Origin: Patescibacteria group bacterium
GTDB taxonomy: Bacteria; Patescibacteriota; JAHJAL01
NCBI GenBank assembly: GCA_041648895.1
Contig: JBAZOB010000002.1
Coordinates: forward strand, 826-64,825
Direction: 5' to 3'
Length of the DNA: 64,000 nt
Positions 19,522 through 29,389 of the stretch are shown here, piece after piece (position 1 is the first letter of the stretch; every line of letters starts with the position of its first letter). The translations under genes and the position numbers were made by a program. The notes below the pieces were generated by a model that made no database searches, was not told the origin of the DNA, and saw nothing but the letters and a program-made list of their open reading frames with translations.

Positions 19522-19682
19522 CGAGTTGTGTGAATTAATTTTTATATCATTCAGATTATTGGTTTATAACCTGTATGAGCGTTTCTAAATAATACTGACC
19601 AAGCCTGAGCGAGTTTTATAAACCAATAATCTGAATGATATAAAAATTAATTCACACAACTCGTTAATTTCTAATTTCTAAT
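19503..19682. repeat. ~180-bp near-perfect palindrome (family 2) whose left arm overlaps the last codons and stop of metG and whose right arm ends at the next start codon
   Basis: The arms aattagaaattagaaattaacgagttgtgtgaattaatttttatatcattcagattattgg and its reverse complement flank the same conserved core as 15503-15670. The arms are unrelated between the two copies. Confidence 0.7.
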
Positions 19683-19686
19683 TAAA

Positions 19687-20526
19687 ATGTTCCCAGCTTT
19701 CGGCGCGGCGATCGCCTATATTATTGCCACCACAATCAATAAACATCTTTTGTCAAAGGAGCGGATGGGAGTCATTTCCTTTGGGATCTGGCTTTTTATT
19801 TTTTTAGCGGCCATCACCGGACTGACTTTGCCCTGGTTGGGAGAAATTAACTGGGAGCAAGCTCTGTCTATCCACTATACCTTTGCCTTCGCCGCCATGC
19901 TTCTATTGGCCTGCACTTGGAATTATTTCTACTATAGTTGTCTCCAAAAAGATACTCTGGCTGAATTTCAGCTGATGACTATCGTTCAGCCACTTTTGAC
20001 GATTTTTCTTGGCATGCTGGTTTTCCCGGATGAGAGAAACGAAAAAGTCTTTATTGTCACCATTGTGGCCGGTTTTATTTTGATTGCCAGTCACCTCGAT
20101 CGCTGGCGTCTGGAAAATGTCAACGTGACTGTACCCTTGCTTATATCCATATTTTTAGCCGCCGTTGAAAGTCTTTATCACAAAGAATTATTAGTCATCT
20201 ACAGCCCGGCCGCGCTGTATTTCACTCGCACCTTATTTATTGCCATTATTTTCTTTTTAGCCAATCCGAGCCACCTCAAAAAAGTCAATCAAAAGAACCT
20301 TTGGCAAACATTTATCATTGCTTTCTTTGCTGTTTTAGCCATGGTATTATCGTTCTATGGTTATCAGCAGCTCGGCCTGGCCAAAACCAATATCATTCTT
20401 CTCCTTTATCCCATCGGCACCACCATCATTTCTGTCTATATTCTCAAAGAAAGAATCAAAAAAAGAAAACTAGTCGCCTTTGCCCTCATTGTTCTCTGCA
20501 TTATATATGCCTTTATGAACGGCTAA
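19687..20526 (+). CDS. Polytopic membrane protein, possibly a DMT/EamA-like transporter
   Basis: About 9-10 hydrophobic helices and 279 aa. There is weak resemblance to the EamA duplicated 4-5 TM repeat and no diagnostic motif. Confidence 0.35.
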   Translation: MFPAFGAAIAYIIATTINKHLLSKERMGVISFGIWLFIFLAAITGLTLPWLGEINWEQALSIHYTFAFAAMLLLACTWNYFYYSCLQKDTLAEFQLMTIVQPLLTIFLGMLVFPDERNEKVFIVTIVAGFILIASHLDRWRLENVNVTVPLLISIFLAAVESLYHKELLVIYSPAALYFTRTLFIAIIFFLANPSHLKKVNQKNLWQTFIIAFFAVLAMVLSFYGYQQLGLAKTNIILLLYPIGTTIISVYILKERIKKRKLVAFALIVLCIIYAFMNG

Positions 20527-20572
20527 GTTAATATTGCAATTTCTATTATTAATTTTTAATTATTAATTTATT

Positions 20573-21337
20573 ATGTACACCGATACGCATTGTCATCTTA
20601 ATACAATTGAATTTGAAAATGACATCAAAGAAATAATCAGTCGGGCCAAGCGGGCGGAAGTTAATCAAATTATTGTCCCGGGCATTGATTTAAAATCATC
20701 AAAGGCGGCCTATACGCTCGCCCAAAATTTTGACATTATCTCCTCCGCCGCCGGCTATCACCCCAACTATATTCAGACCGCTTCGATTGAAAATCTGGGT
20801 GAATTAGTTGAATTAATCAGTAAGCCGGAAATCGTCGCCGTGGGCGAAATTGGACTCGATTATTATCGCCAAACCACCAATGTGGAAGAGCAACGCAAAA
20901 TTTTCCAATATCTTCTATCTATCGCCTCCCAAGAAGCCAAACCAGCTATCATTCATTCCCGCGCCGCCGAAGAAGACGTTTTAAGTATTCTCCAGGTTTA
21001 TAAACCAGACGGCTTGCGGGGCGTTTGGCATTGTTTTGAGGGTGACCGCGCTCTGGCTACGCGGATTTTGGATCTGGGATTCTATATTGGGTTTACCGGC
21101 AACATTACCTATTCCGACCATCAAGATATTAATGAAGTTATCAAAAATATTCCACTTGATCGTATCCTGATCGAGACTGACGCTCCCTACCTCACTCCCA
21201 CCCCCTATCGGGGTAAAAAAAATGAACCGGCCTATGTCGTGGAAGTAGCGCGAAAAATCGGCGATATCAAAAACATTGCCATTGAAGTCGTCGCCCAAAC
21301 CACCACCGAAAACGCCATTAAATTATTTAATTTATAA
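20573..21337 (+). CDS. tatD: TatD family metal-dependent DNase/hydrolase
   Basis: 'MYTDTHCHLN', 'GEIGLDYYR' and 'IETDAPYLTP' are the canonical TatD motifs. Length is 254 aa. Confidence 0.85.
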   Translation: MYTDTHCHLNTIEFENDIKEIISRAKRAEVNQIIVPGIDLKSSKAAYTLAQNFDIISSAAGYHPNYIQTASIENLGELVELISKPEIVAVGEIGLDYYRQTTNVEEQRKIFQYLLSIASQEAKPAIIHSRAAEEDVLSILQVYKPDGLRGVWHCFEGDRALATRILDLGFYIGFTGNITYSDHQDINEVIKNIPLDRILIETDAPYLTPTPYRGKKNEPAYVVEVARKIGDIKNIAIEVVAQTTTENAIKLFNL

Positions 21338-21368
21338 ACCGAATTAATTTGCAATTAATTCGCCCTCT

Positions 21369-23819
21369 ATGTCAACAAATTCATACGCCAATATTATCGT
21401 CAACTCCCGTCTGGACAATATATCCGGTGAGTTAACCTATTCAATTCCACCGACGCTATCGATGGTCATTAAACCTGGGCAATTGGTGTTGGTACCATTT
21501 GGGCGGCGTTTTATCCACGGTGTGGTCGCCAATATTCAGAGCCAACGCCCCGCCATCAAAGTCCGCACCAAAGACATTGCCGCCCTGCTCGGTGAACGCC
21601 CGATTGTCAAGCCAGAGCAAATCAAATTAGCCCAATATATCAGTCAGCATTATCACTGCTCTCTCGGGCAGGCTCTTTTTGCCATGATCCCCTCATTTGT
21701 CATGAATAGTATAAAAAAAGTATATTCCACCACTTCCCAGCTGTCTCCCCATCCCATTGTCCAATTTATTAACACGCGCGGTGGGCAAACCGCCACTGAA
21801 ATTTTATTACTAAAAAAATTCGGCGCCACCACTAAAGCTACCCTGTCTCGCCTCGTCAAAAAAGATATTCTCCGTCTTGGCTACCAATTATCTAGCCCCA
21901 AGATCAAGCCCAAATATGAAGAAATTATCAGTTTGTGCCCCCTTTCGGCTGATCAAAAAAAACAACTGTCACGCTATCCAAAACAAAACCAAGTCTATCA
22001 GTTTCTCAAATATCGTCGCCTCGCCAATTGGATCAAAATCCGCCAAGAATTAAATGTCAGTCGGGCCACCATTAGAGCCATGCAGCGAAAAAAAATGGTA
22101 GATATTGAAACCAAACAAGTCATTCGCGAGCCGCTTGGTTTTCATGTCATGGAAACAGTTTTTCCTGATCTAGTCGGTTCGCAACAAAAAGCCTGGCAGA
22201 CCATTGTCCAGCAACTAAATAATCATCACAAAAAGCCAATTATGCTTTTTGGTCGTACCGGCAGTGGTAAAACGGAATTATACCTCCGAGCGGCTGAGTG
22301 GACCCTCAAGCAGGGAAAAGGCGTGATTATTCTCGTGCCGGAAATTGCCTTGGTGCCGCAAACCCTGCAGCGATTTTATGAAAGATTTGGCCAAAGTTTG
22401 GCTGTCTATCATTCGCAAATGTCCGTTGGTGAAAGATATGATCAGTGGTTTCGCCTATACAATCATCAAGCCCAAGTTGTCATTGGCTCTCGCTCAGCCC
22501 TTTTTGCCCCCGTGCCCAATTTGGGCCTCATTATCATCGATGAAGAACATGAATACAGCTACAAACAAGATAACACCCCTCGCTATCACGCGGTTGATGC
22601 CGCTGTCAAATATGCCAAACTAACTGATTCCCTCCTCATTCTTGGTAGTGCTACCCCCCGACTGGAAACATTTTGGCGCGCCAAAAAAGGCGAGTACGAG
22701 CTGGTCAAACTTACCAAAACTATTACCGAGACTGTTAATCAGCAAATCATTCGCCGACCGGAAATCAGCATCGTCGATCTACGTGATGAATATATCGCCG
22801 GCAACCACACATTGTTGAGCATTAAACTACAAGAATCAATCCAAAAAGCTCTGCTGACTAAAAAACAAATTTTACTGTTTCTCAATCGTCGTGGTCACAC
22901 CACCTATGTTTTCTGCCGAGAATGTGGTTTTGTCGCCAAATGCCCCGAATGCAATATTCCCATGACCCTGCACATCAATGATAAACATTTTGCCACTTTC
23001 ACCCAACACAATGTCTCCCTTCGTCACGCGCTCATTTGTCACCATTGCGGTTTAACCATGCACAATTTTTCCACCTGTCCTGAATGTTCTTCCAAAGCGA
23101 TCAAATACTATGGCGCCGGCACTCAAAAAATTGAAGAAGATACTCGAGCTCTTTTTCCTCAAGCCCGCATTTTACGCATGGATTACGATACGACCCGCAC
23201 CAGAAACGCCCATCAAAAAATATTCCAGGCCTTCAAAGACAAGCGAGCTGATATTCTTATTGGTACCCAAATGATTACCAAAGGCTGGGATTTACCCAAT
23301 GTTGATCTCATTGGTATCGTCAACGCCGATGGTGGTTTCAACCTACCCGATTTCCGCGCCACTGAGAAAAATTTTTCTCTACTCTTGCAGCTAATTGGTC
23401 GAGTCGGACGAGGCCACACCCCCGGCCGGGTAGTCTTACAAACCTATGATCCCGATAATCCACTTTTTGATCCTCTGTTACGTGAAGACTATCAGTTATT
23501 TGCCTTTTCGGAATTAATTGAACGTAAAAACGGCAATTTCCCTCCCTTTGTCCAACTCGTTCGTCTGGTCTATGAATCACCCAACATGAACAAATGCAAA
23601 AATGAAGCGGTCAAATTATTCAAATTACTCAATGAGAAGTTTTCCGGGCAAAAAAGAAAGACCCTGATTGAAATTCTGGGTCCCACACCGGCTTTTTTAG
23701 CACGAATCAAACAAAAATACCGCTGGCATATTATTCTCAAAGGTCATAACCTGCAAAAATTTCTCGATATTATTCCGGCTGACTGGATTATTGACGTCGA
23801 TCCCTTCTCACTATTGTAA
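21369..23819 (+). CDS. priA: Primosomal protein N' (replication restart helicase)
   Basis: Walker A 'GRTGSGKTELYL', DEEH 'IIDEEHEYSY', and the Cys-rich zinc-binding insert 'CRECGFVAKCPECN...CHHCG...CPEC'. Length is 816 aa. Confidence 0.9.
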   Translation: MSTNSYANIIVNSRLDNISGELTYSIPPTLSMVIKPGQLVLVPFGRRFIHGVVANIQSQRPAIKVRTKDIAALLGERPIVKPEQIKLAQYISQHYHCSLGQALFAMIPSFVMNSIKKVYSTTSQLSPHPIVQFINTRGGQTATEILLLKKFGATTKATLSRLVKKDILRLGYQLSSPKIKPKYEEIISLCPLSADQKKQLSRYPKQNQVYQFLKYRRLANWIKIRQELNVSRATIRAMQRKKMVDIETKQVIREPLGFHVMETVFPDLVGSQQKAWQTIVQQLNNHHKKPIMLFGRTGSGKTELYLRAAEWTLKQGKGVIILVPEIALVPQTLQRFYERFGQSLAVYHSQMSVGERYDQWFRLYNHQAQVVIGSRSALFAPVPNLGLIIIDEEHEYSYKQDNTPRYHAVDAAVKYAKLTDSLLILGSATPRLETFWRAKKGEYELVKLTKTITETVNQQIIRRPEISIVDLRDEYIAGNHTLLSIKLQESIQKALLTKKQILLFLNRRGHTTYVFCRECGFVAKCPECNIPMTLHINDKHFATFTQHNVSLRHALICHHCGLTMHNFSTCPECSSKAIKYYGAGTQKIEEDTRALFPQARILRMDYDTTRTRNAHQKIFQAFKDKRADILIGTQMITKGWDLPNVDLIGIVNADGGFNLPDFRATEKNFSLLLQLIGRVGRGHTPGRVVLQTYDPDNPLFDPLLREDYQLFAFSELIERKNGNFPPFVQLVRLVYESPNMNKCKNEAVKLFKLLNEKFSGQKRKTLIEILGPTPAFLARIKQKYRWHIILKGHNLQKFLDIIPADWIIDVDPFSLL

Positions 23820-24254
23820 TTATCCCCAACGCTTATCTTTGTAATTGCTTTCCGGCGCATTTTTATTAAACTCCACCATCATCTCATGGGGAGATTTTTT
23901 TGGTTCATTTTCCCCAATGAATAACTTCGTTACCCCATTTCTAATTAGTTTGTATATCATTTTTGACACATCCCCCCAATTATCTTTATCAATATTATAA
24001 CCAGGGCGAAGCTGATTAGGTTTTTCAAATTTAATTTCATTAGCCAATGTCTGTGCTGGCATTGTGTTCTTATTCAAGTTTTTAATATTCTTTACTTCCT
24101 CTGATATTTTTAATAAATCGAATTTTCTCCCGACAACAAAGCAATCATCAACTGCATCGCTTTCCAGATAATCTGTTCGATTTGCTGTCATGTTGTCTAT
24201 TGGTTTATCAGTCTGCCGCATTTTCTCTTGTTCAATTGGATTATCACCAGTCAT
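23820..24254 (-). CDS. Hypothetical protein (144 aa)
   Basis: Clean ORF. No recognisable motif. Confidence 0.4.
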   Translation of the reverse strand: MTGDNPIEQEKMRQTDKPIDNMTANRTDYLESDAVDDCFVVGRKFDLLKISEEVKNIKNLNKNTMPAQTLANEIKFEKPNQLRPGYNIDKDNWGDVSKMIYKLIRNGVTKLFIGENEPKKSPHEMMVEFNKNAPESNYKDKRWG

Positions 24255-24323
24255 ATTTTCTTGTTATTTTCCTATATTCTAATATATTGCTTATCTGCTG
24301 CAAAGACAAGCCGGACAGATTTC

Positions 24324-26528
24324 TTACAGGCTCAAATCGTCACTTATTTTTTGCAGCGCTTCTAGTCCAATTCCCATCAATTTATCCATACTTATTCCTA
24401 ATTCTGCTCCACTATTGATAATTTCCCGACTGGCTCCTCTGGCGAAAGCTTTATCTTTAAATTTCTTCTTCATCGACTCTGTCGTGACTGATTTTAATTT
24501 TTTATCCGGCTGCACCAGGCCGCAGGCGATAATAAAGCCGCTCAAAGGATCTACCGCGTAAATAGCCTTATCCAATCTGGTTTGTCGGACGCCGCCACAA
24601 GCCGGATTATGGGCCTTGATGGCTTGAATAATCAGCGGGCTGACTTTTTTTTCCTTCAAAATTCCCTCAGTAATAATGCAATGCTGGGTTGGTTCCTTCA
24701 TAGTTTTTTCATAATCAATATCGTGTAGTAAACCGGCCAATCCCCATACGTCTTCATCAGCACCGATTTCCTTTGCCACTCCTCTTAAAATCGCCTCCAC
24801 TGCCAAACTATGTTTTTGCAGATTCTCATTGGTTAAATTTTCTCGCATCAATTTTAATGCTTCATCGCGACTAATACCCATTGTCTCCACATTTAATTTA
24901 TCCAGCTCCTCATCGTCCATCAGATCAACAGTCAATCGACTTCCCATTTCATCCAGAGGTAAATCATCGATCAGCTCTTTACTTTTTCTAAGTGGGCGAG
25001 GCGAAGCATCAACTTTGTCGACAATAATATGTTCTACTTCCTCTTTGGCCTTGGGTTTAACAAATGGGAAGAGAATTAATTCCCGAATATTGTCAATTCC
25101 GGTCACCAAAGACATAAAACGATCAATCCCCATTCCCCAGCCGGCAATCGGCGGCATGCCGTGTCGCATAGCTTCAATATAATCCTGATCAAAATCATGG
25201 GCTTCCTCATCGCCTTGGGCTTTATTCAGAGCTTGTAGTTTAAATCTTTCTTCTTGATCAATCGGATCAATCAACTCCGAATAGGCATTGCACATCTCCC
25301 AGCCATTAATTACCAACTGAAAACGATCTACCCGCGATGGATCACCATCTTTTTTTCGAGCCAATGGCGATAATTCAATCGGATGATCAACCAGAAATAC
25401 CGGATTGACAATATGAGGGCGAGCTATCTTTTTATATATTTCATCGATCAACTTGCCATATTCAAGCGTGTTGATATCTCCGTCAATTTCGATTCTAGCT
25501 TGATGAATAAAAGAACGTAAGTCATCAGCCGTTTTGTGATTGGAAAGATCATGCCCGGAATATTCTTTAATTAATTCATAAATATTTCGGCGCGGATAAG
25601 GTGGCGTTAGATCAATCTGTTGCTCCCCGACTTTGACGATTAAATTACCCATTACCTTGGTCATAGTTGTTTTCATCAGTTCTTCCGTCAATATCATCAA
25701 ATCTTCATAATTGGCGTAAGCCTGGTAAAACTCAAATAGCGTGTATTCTTGCAAATGTGATGGATCGCGGCCTTCATTCCGATAAACCCGGCCAATTTCA
25801 TATACTCTCTCGTAACCCGCTACAATCAATGTTTTTAAGGGTATTTCCAACGATATGCGTAATTTAACATCGACATCAAAAGCATTGTAGTGCGTCAAAA
25901 ACGGCTTAGCCAATGCTCCACCAGTCGTGTTTTGCAAGGTTGGAGTCTCAACCTCCAAGAAGCCATTCTTGTCCATAAATTCCCGCATCGCCCTAACAAT
26001 TTTAGCCCGCCGGCGGAATCGTTCTCTCAAACCATCGTCCATCAATAAATCCAGATAACGATAACGATGCTTCTTCTCAATATCTTGTAAACCACTCCAT
26101 TTTTCCGGCAGGGGGCTCAATGATTTAGATAATAATTTGTATTCAAAGACTTCAATCGATTTTTCCCCCCGTTTAGTGACAAAAGCCTGGCCTTTAACTT
26201 GGACAAAATCAGCGATATCAATCAAATCAGAAAAGAAGGCATATTCATTTTCTCCCACTGTATCGGCTTTAAAATGTAATTGTATCTCGGCCAAATCATC
26301 TTTCAGATCAGCGAAAGATGCTTTGCCATGGCCGCGAATCGCCATAATCCGCCCGCACAAGACCAGTTCTTTTCCGGTCCATTTTTCAAAATCAGTCAAA
26401 ATATTACCAATCGAGTCAGTCCGCTCCCCTCGATCGAGGTAAGGCGCCACTCCTGTTTCTTTTATCTTGGCCAGTTTCTCTTCCCGCACCTCTTGTACGC
26501 TCTTATGTATAAAATTATCTGCCGACAT
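24324..26528 (-). CDS. lysS: Lysine--tRNA ligase (class II) fused to a C-terminal HD-domain phosphohydrolase module (YqeK/COG2316-like)
   Basis: The OB-fold anticodon-binding domain and class II catalytic core end near 'GIDRFMSLVTGIDNIRELILFP' (aa ~500). A linker follows, then 'QKHSLAVEAILRGVAKEIGADEDVWGLAGLLHDIDYE' (H...HD signature) to aa 734. Confidence 0.85.
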   Translation of the reverse strand: MSADNFIHKSVQEVREEKLAKIKETGVAPYLDRGERTDSIGNILTDFEKWTGKELVLCGRIMAIRGHGKASFADLKDDLAEIQLHFKADTVGENEYAFFSDLIDIADFVQVKGQAFVTKRGEKSIEVFEYKLLSKSLSPLPEKWSGLQDIEKKHRYRYLDLLMDDGLRERFRRRAKIVRAMREFMDKNGFLEVETPTLQNTTGGALAKPFLTHYNAFDVDVKLRISLEIPLKTLIVAGYERVYEIGRVYRNEGRDPSHLQEYTLFEFYQAYANYEDLMILTEELMKTTMTKVMGNLIVKVGEQQIDLTPPYPRRNIYELIKEYSGHDLSNHKTADDLRSFIHQARIEIDGDINTLEYGKLIDEIYKKIARPHIVNPVFLVDHPIELSPLARKKDGDPSRVDRFQLVINGWEMCNAYSELIDPIDQEERFKLQALNKAQGDEEAHDFDQDYIEAMRHGMPPIAGWGMGIDRFMSLVTGIDNIRELILFPFVKPKAKEEVEHIIVDKVDASPRPLRKSKELIDDLPLDEMGSRLTVDLMDDEELDKLNVETMGISRDEALKLMRENLTNENLQKHSLAVEAILRGVAKEIGADEDVWGLAGLLHDIDYEKTMKEPTQHCIITEGILKEKKVSPLIIQAIKAHNPACGGVRQTRLDKAIYAVDPLSGFIIACGLVQPDKKLKSVTTESMKKKFKDKAFARGASREIINSGAELGISMDKLMGIGLEALQKISDDLSL

Positions 26529-26677
26529 AAATAAACTCCTTAAAAAAATTGCTAATTACAAATTACGAATTATTAAAAATATTTTTTAAATTCGCCATTC
26601 GTAATTATATTAACATTATAAAAAATCCCCAGCACAATTACAAAGCCGAGGATCTTAGCTTGATACAAAATAATAAA

Positions 26678-27142
26678 TTAAGCAATTGTCATTATCCGCA
26701 TTTTAACCTTTCCGCCAGGCGCTTGGATTTCCACTTCGTCACCGACTGCGCGGTCAAGCAAAGCCTTGCCCACTGGCGATTCGACGGATATTTTGCCTTG
26801 ATCAGGATTGGCTTGGGTAGCACCAACCAGCATATATTCGAATTCCTTGCCACTGCGATTAATTTTTACTTTTGACCCCACGCAGACATTGTTACGTCCG
26901 CATTTGTTGTCGCTAATCACATGGTTACGCACGATATCTTCTAATTCCATTATCCGACCCTCCAGCAAGCCCTGCCTTTCTTTGGCGTCAGAATATTCTG
27001 AATTTTCTGAAATATCGCCATAACTTCGTGCTTCCTTGATCTGGGCTGCAATGACCTTCCGTTCGTCATACAAACGGGCCAATTCTGTTTTGATTTCTGC
27101 CAGTCCGTCTTTGGTCAGAATGTATTTGTTGTTTTCGTTCAT
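26678..27142 (-). CDS. greA: Transcription elongation factor GreA
   Basis: N-terminal coiled coil 'LTKDGLAEIKTELARL...ARSYGDISENSEYSDAKERQ' and a C-terminal FKBP-like domain. Length is 154 aa. Confidence 0.85.
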   Translation of the reverse strand: MNENNKYILTKDGLAEIKTELARLYDERKVIAAQIKEARSYGDISENSEYSDAKERQGLLEGRIMELEDIVRNHVISDNKCGRNNVCVGSKVKINRSGKEFEYMLVGATQANPDQGKISVESPVGKALLDRAVGDEVEIQAPGGKVKMRIMTIA

Positions 27143-27392
27143 TTACTTTGTTTTAAATAATAAATCTTTACTGTTTTAGCTGAAAAAAATACCCCCTTTC
27201 TTAAAAAAAGAAAGGCCTATCACCTTTAACTACATCCTAAATTCTAGCCCAGTCATACCCTCAAGTCAAGCCTCTGACTGTATTGCTAAAACAAGCATAA
27301 ATAGTGGATAATCATGTATTTCGCCCATATATTAATTCTCTCTAATATTATTTTAATGTATCTTTAATAATTTCGTTCAAAATATTGTTAAT

Positions 27393-27428
27393 CAAATAAA
27401 ATAAGACGAGCCATATCCTCGTCTTATT
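27393..27428 (-). terminator. Rho-independent terminator after rplT (hairpin aagacgag...ctcgtctt + U-run)
   Basis: 8-bp stem followed by AUUUUAUUU on the minus strand, 20 nt downstream of the rplT stop. Confidence 0.45.
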
Positions 27429-27450
27429 CAATTATTTAATACTTATTCTC

Positions 27451-27813
27451 TTACTCTTTTTTACTTCCCAGTCCAGCCTGAGCAGTTTTGACCAATTCCT
27501 CAAATACTTTAGGTTCAGCTACGGCCAAATGAGCCATTATTTTTCGATCCAATTCAACATTCTTCTTCTTCAGCCCACTGATAAAACGATTATAACTCAA
27601 CCCATGCAGCCGACTGGCCGCGCCAATCCTCAATATCCACAAACTGCGAATATCTCGCTTTTTAATCTTTCTGCCTTTATACGCGTGCACGCCCGCCTTC
27701 AAGAAAGCTTCGCGGCGTCTTTTAACTTGCTTTGGCCCTTGATAACCCTTGGTCAACTTCATCAGCTTCTTATGCTTGCGTTTGGTAACTGTCCCACGTT
27801 TTATTCTGGTCAT
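27451..27813 (-). CDS. rplT: 50S ribosomal protein L20
   Basis: 'MTRIKRGTVTKRKHKKLMKLTKGYQG' is the canonical L20 N-terminus. Length is 120 aa. Confidence 0.9.
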   Translation of the reverse strand: MTRIKRGTVTKRKHKKLMKLTKGYQGPKQVKRRREAFLKAGVHAYKGRKIKKRDIRSLWILRIGAASRLHGLSYNRFISGLKKKNVELDRKIMAHLAVAEPKVFEELVKTAQAGLGSKKE

Positions 27814-27902
27814 TGATAATGAATAATGAATAATAAATAACGAATAATGAATAATTTATATAATCATCAATTTTCTTCCAAATTGATTATTAATTATTCA
27901 TT

Positions 27903-28100
27903 TTAAAGATAAGGCACCATTCTCTTAATTCTTTTTAGATCGGCGGCATGTACCAATTCTGGCACGTCTAATTTTCTTTTTCGCTTTTGTGTTCTCTTCT
28001 CCAAAAAGTGCGTCTCACCAGCGTGTTTACGCTTTAATTTACCCGAGGCTGTCTTGGTTAATCTTTTTTTATATCCGCGATGTGTCTTTAATTTAGGCAT
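27903..28100 (-). CDS. rpmI: 50S ribosomal protein L35
   Basis: 'MPKLKTHRGYKKRLTKTASGKLKRKHAG', 65 aa, in the infC-rpmI-rplT arrangement. Confidence 0.9.
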   Translation of the reverse strand: MPKLKTHRGYKKRLTKTASGKLKRKHAGETHFLEKRTQKRKRKLDVPELVHAADLKRIKRMVPYL

Positions 28101-28175
28101 TTTTCTTCATTATTTATAGCAATTCGTACAAGTTATATTATACTTGATTATTTACTTATGTCAAAAAAATTATTC

Positions 28176-28769
28176 CTAATTTTCCACGTTCTTTACCTGA
28201 GTGGCTGTTTTCTTACTCCAATCGGGATCGGGCAAAATCACCATCTGCCATTGCCGCCCCAGTTTTTTGGCGGGAGTTTCCACCTTGGCCATGCCATCCA
28301 GACGATTATAATAGGTATCCATCATCTCTTTGGCCGCGTCATATTGCACCACTTCCCGCCCCTTCAAGCGCAGCGTTATCTTGACCTTATGCTTTTTCTC
28401 CAAAAACTCTTTTGTCTTTCTTATCTTTATTAATAAATCATTTTCACTAATATTGAGCGATAACCTGATTTCCTTCAAATCCTGCCCCTTATTCCTTGCC
28501 CGCTGTTTGCGTTGCTGTTTTTCCATCTCATACTTATATTTCCCAAAATCCATAATCTTGCACACCGGTGGCCGTTCCTTCGGCGCCACCTCTACCAGAT
28601 CCAATTCCGCCGCTCTCGCTCTCTGCAAGGCTTCTTCCCGACTCACCTTACCAATCGGACCATCCTCATCCACCAGAAAAACTTCCGGCATGGTAATCCT
28701 CTCATTGATCCTCACCTTGATCTTCGGCTGAAAACTCGGCCTTCTACCCCCAAAACGTCTTTTACCCAA
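28176..28769 (-). CDS. infC: Translation initiation factor IF-3 (non-AUG start; the ORF begins with TTG)
   Basis: 'INERITMPEVFLVDEDGPIGKVSREEALQRARAAELDLVEVAP' with a basic N-terminal tail like E. coli IF3. The unusual start codon is consistent with known infC autoregulation. Confidence 0.85.
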   Translation of the reverse strand: MGKRRFGGRRPSFQPKIKVRINERITMPEVFLVDEDGPIGKVSREEALQRARAAELDLVEVAPKERPPVCKIMDFGKYKYEMEKQQRKQRARNKGQDLKEIRLSLNISENDLLIKIRKTKEFLEKKHKVKITLRLKGREVVQYDAAKEMMDTYYNRLDGMAKVETPAKKLGRQWQMVILPDPDWSKKTATQVKNVEN

Positions 28770-28914
28770 AAGAAAATCCTTTTATTATTTAATATCTAAA
28801 TCGAATACCTACATTATATCGAATATCATATCTATTGAGCAAGCCCCCGCCATAATTAAACAAGAAAAAAGCCAGGTACTTTTTGTACCTGGCTTAAAAA
28901 AACCAGCTAAAAAA

Positions 28915-29259
28915 TTAAAAACTTTTACCACAGTGGGGGCATGTAACCCCGACCAGACTAGCCACCCTATTGGTGACTTTTTTTATTAGGCCATCTTTTT
29001 TAATAATACTCTTCGCTATCTTTTCCCCGACTTTCTTGCGACTGTCGGGACAAGATTTGAAGAAATCATCAAAAAGCGGCCTTAACTTCTTGGCCAAACT
29101 ATTATCGATATTAATGTCTTTGAAAGCGATAACTGCTTCCTCGGACATAAATTCTTTAACAGTTTCACTGTGGCTATGGGTTATCGATTTCTCGAACCCC
29201 TTGTAGATTCTTTTCAGCTGGTAGTCGATCGTCTTCAGGACGATAATGTCGTCCGACAT
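28915..29259 (-). CDS. Hypothetical protein with a C-terminal CxxC-type zinc-ribbon motif (114 aa)
   Basis: Ends in 'VTCPHCGKSF'. Last gene of the minus-strand block. Confidence 0.4.
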   Translation of the reverse strand: MSDDIIVLKTIDYQLKRIYKGFEKSITHSHSETVKEFMSEEAVIAFKDINIDNSLAKKLRPLFDDFFKSCPDSRKKVGEKIAKSIIKKDGLIKKVTNRVASLVGVTCPHCGKSF

Positions 29260-29389
29260 ACGATCGCCCCCTTTCTTTTTATTTAGGAAAAATAATTTCC
29301 CACCTCAGCCAGAAACAAATCTTATTCTATTAAAAGTTTCTTTCCAAGGAGGGAAATCAATTCCCTCAAGAAAATTAATTTTAAATGTA

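Noticed and set aside
26549-26875. 108-aa plus-strand ORF
   Set aside because: It is antisense to the 3' end of greA and overlaps the lysS-greA intergenic region. It has no motif and greA is well supported.
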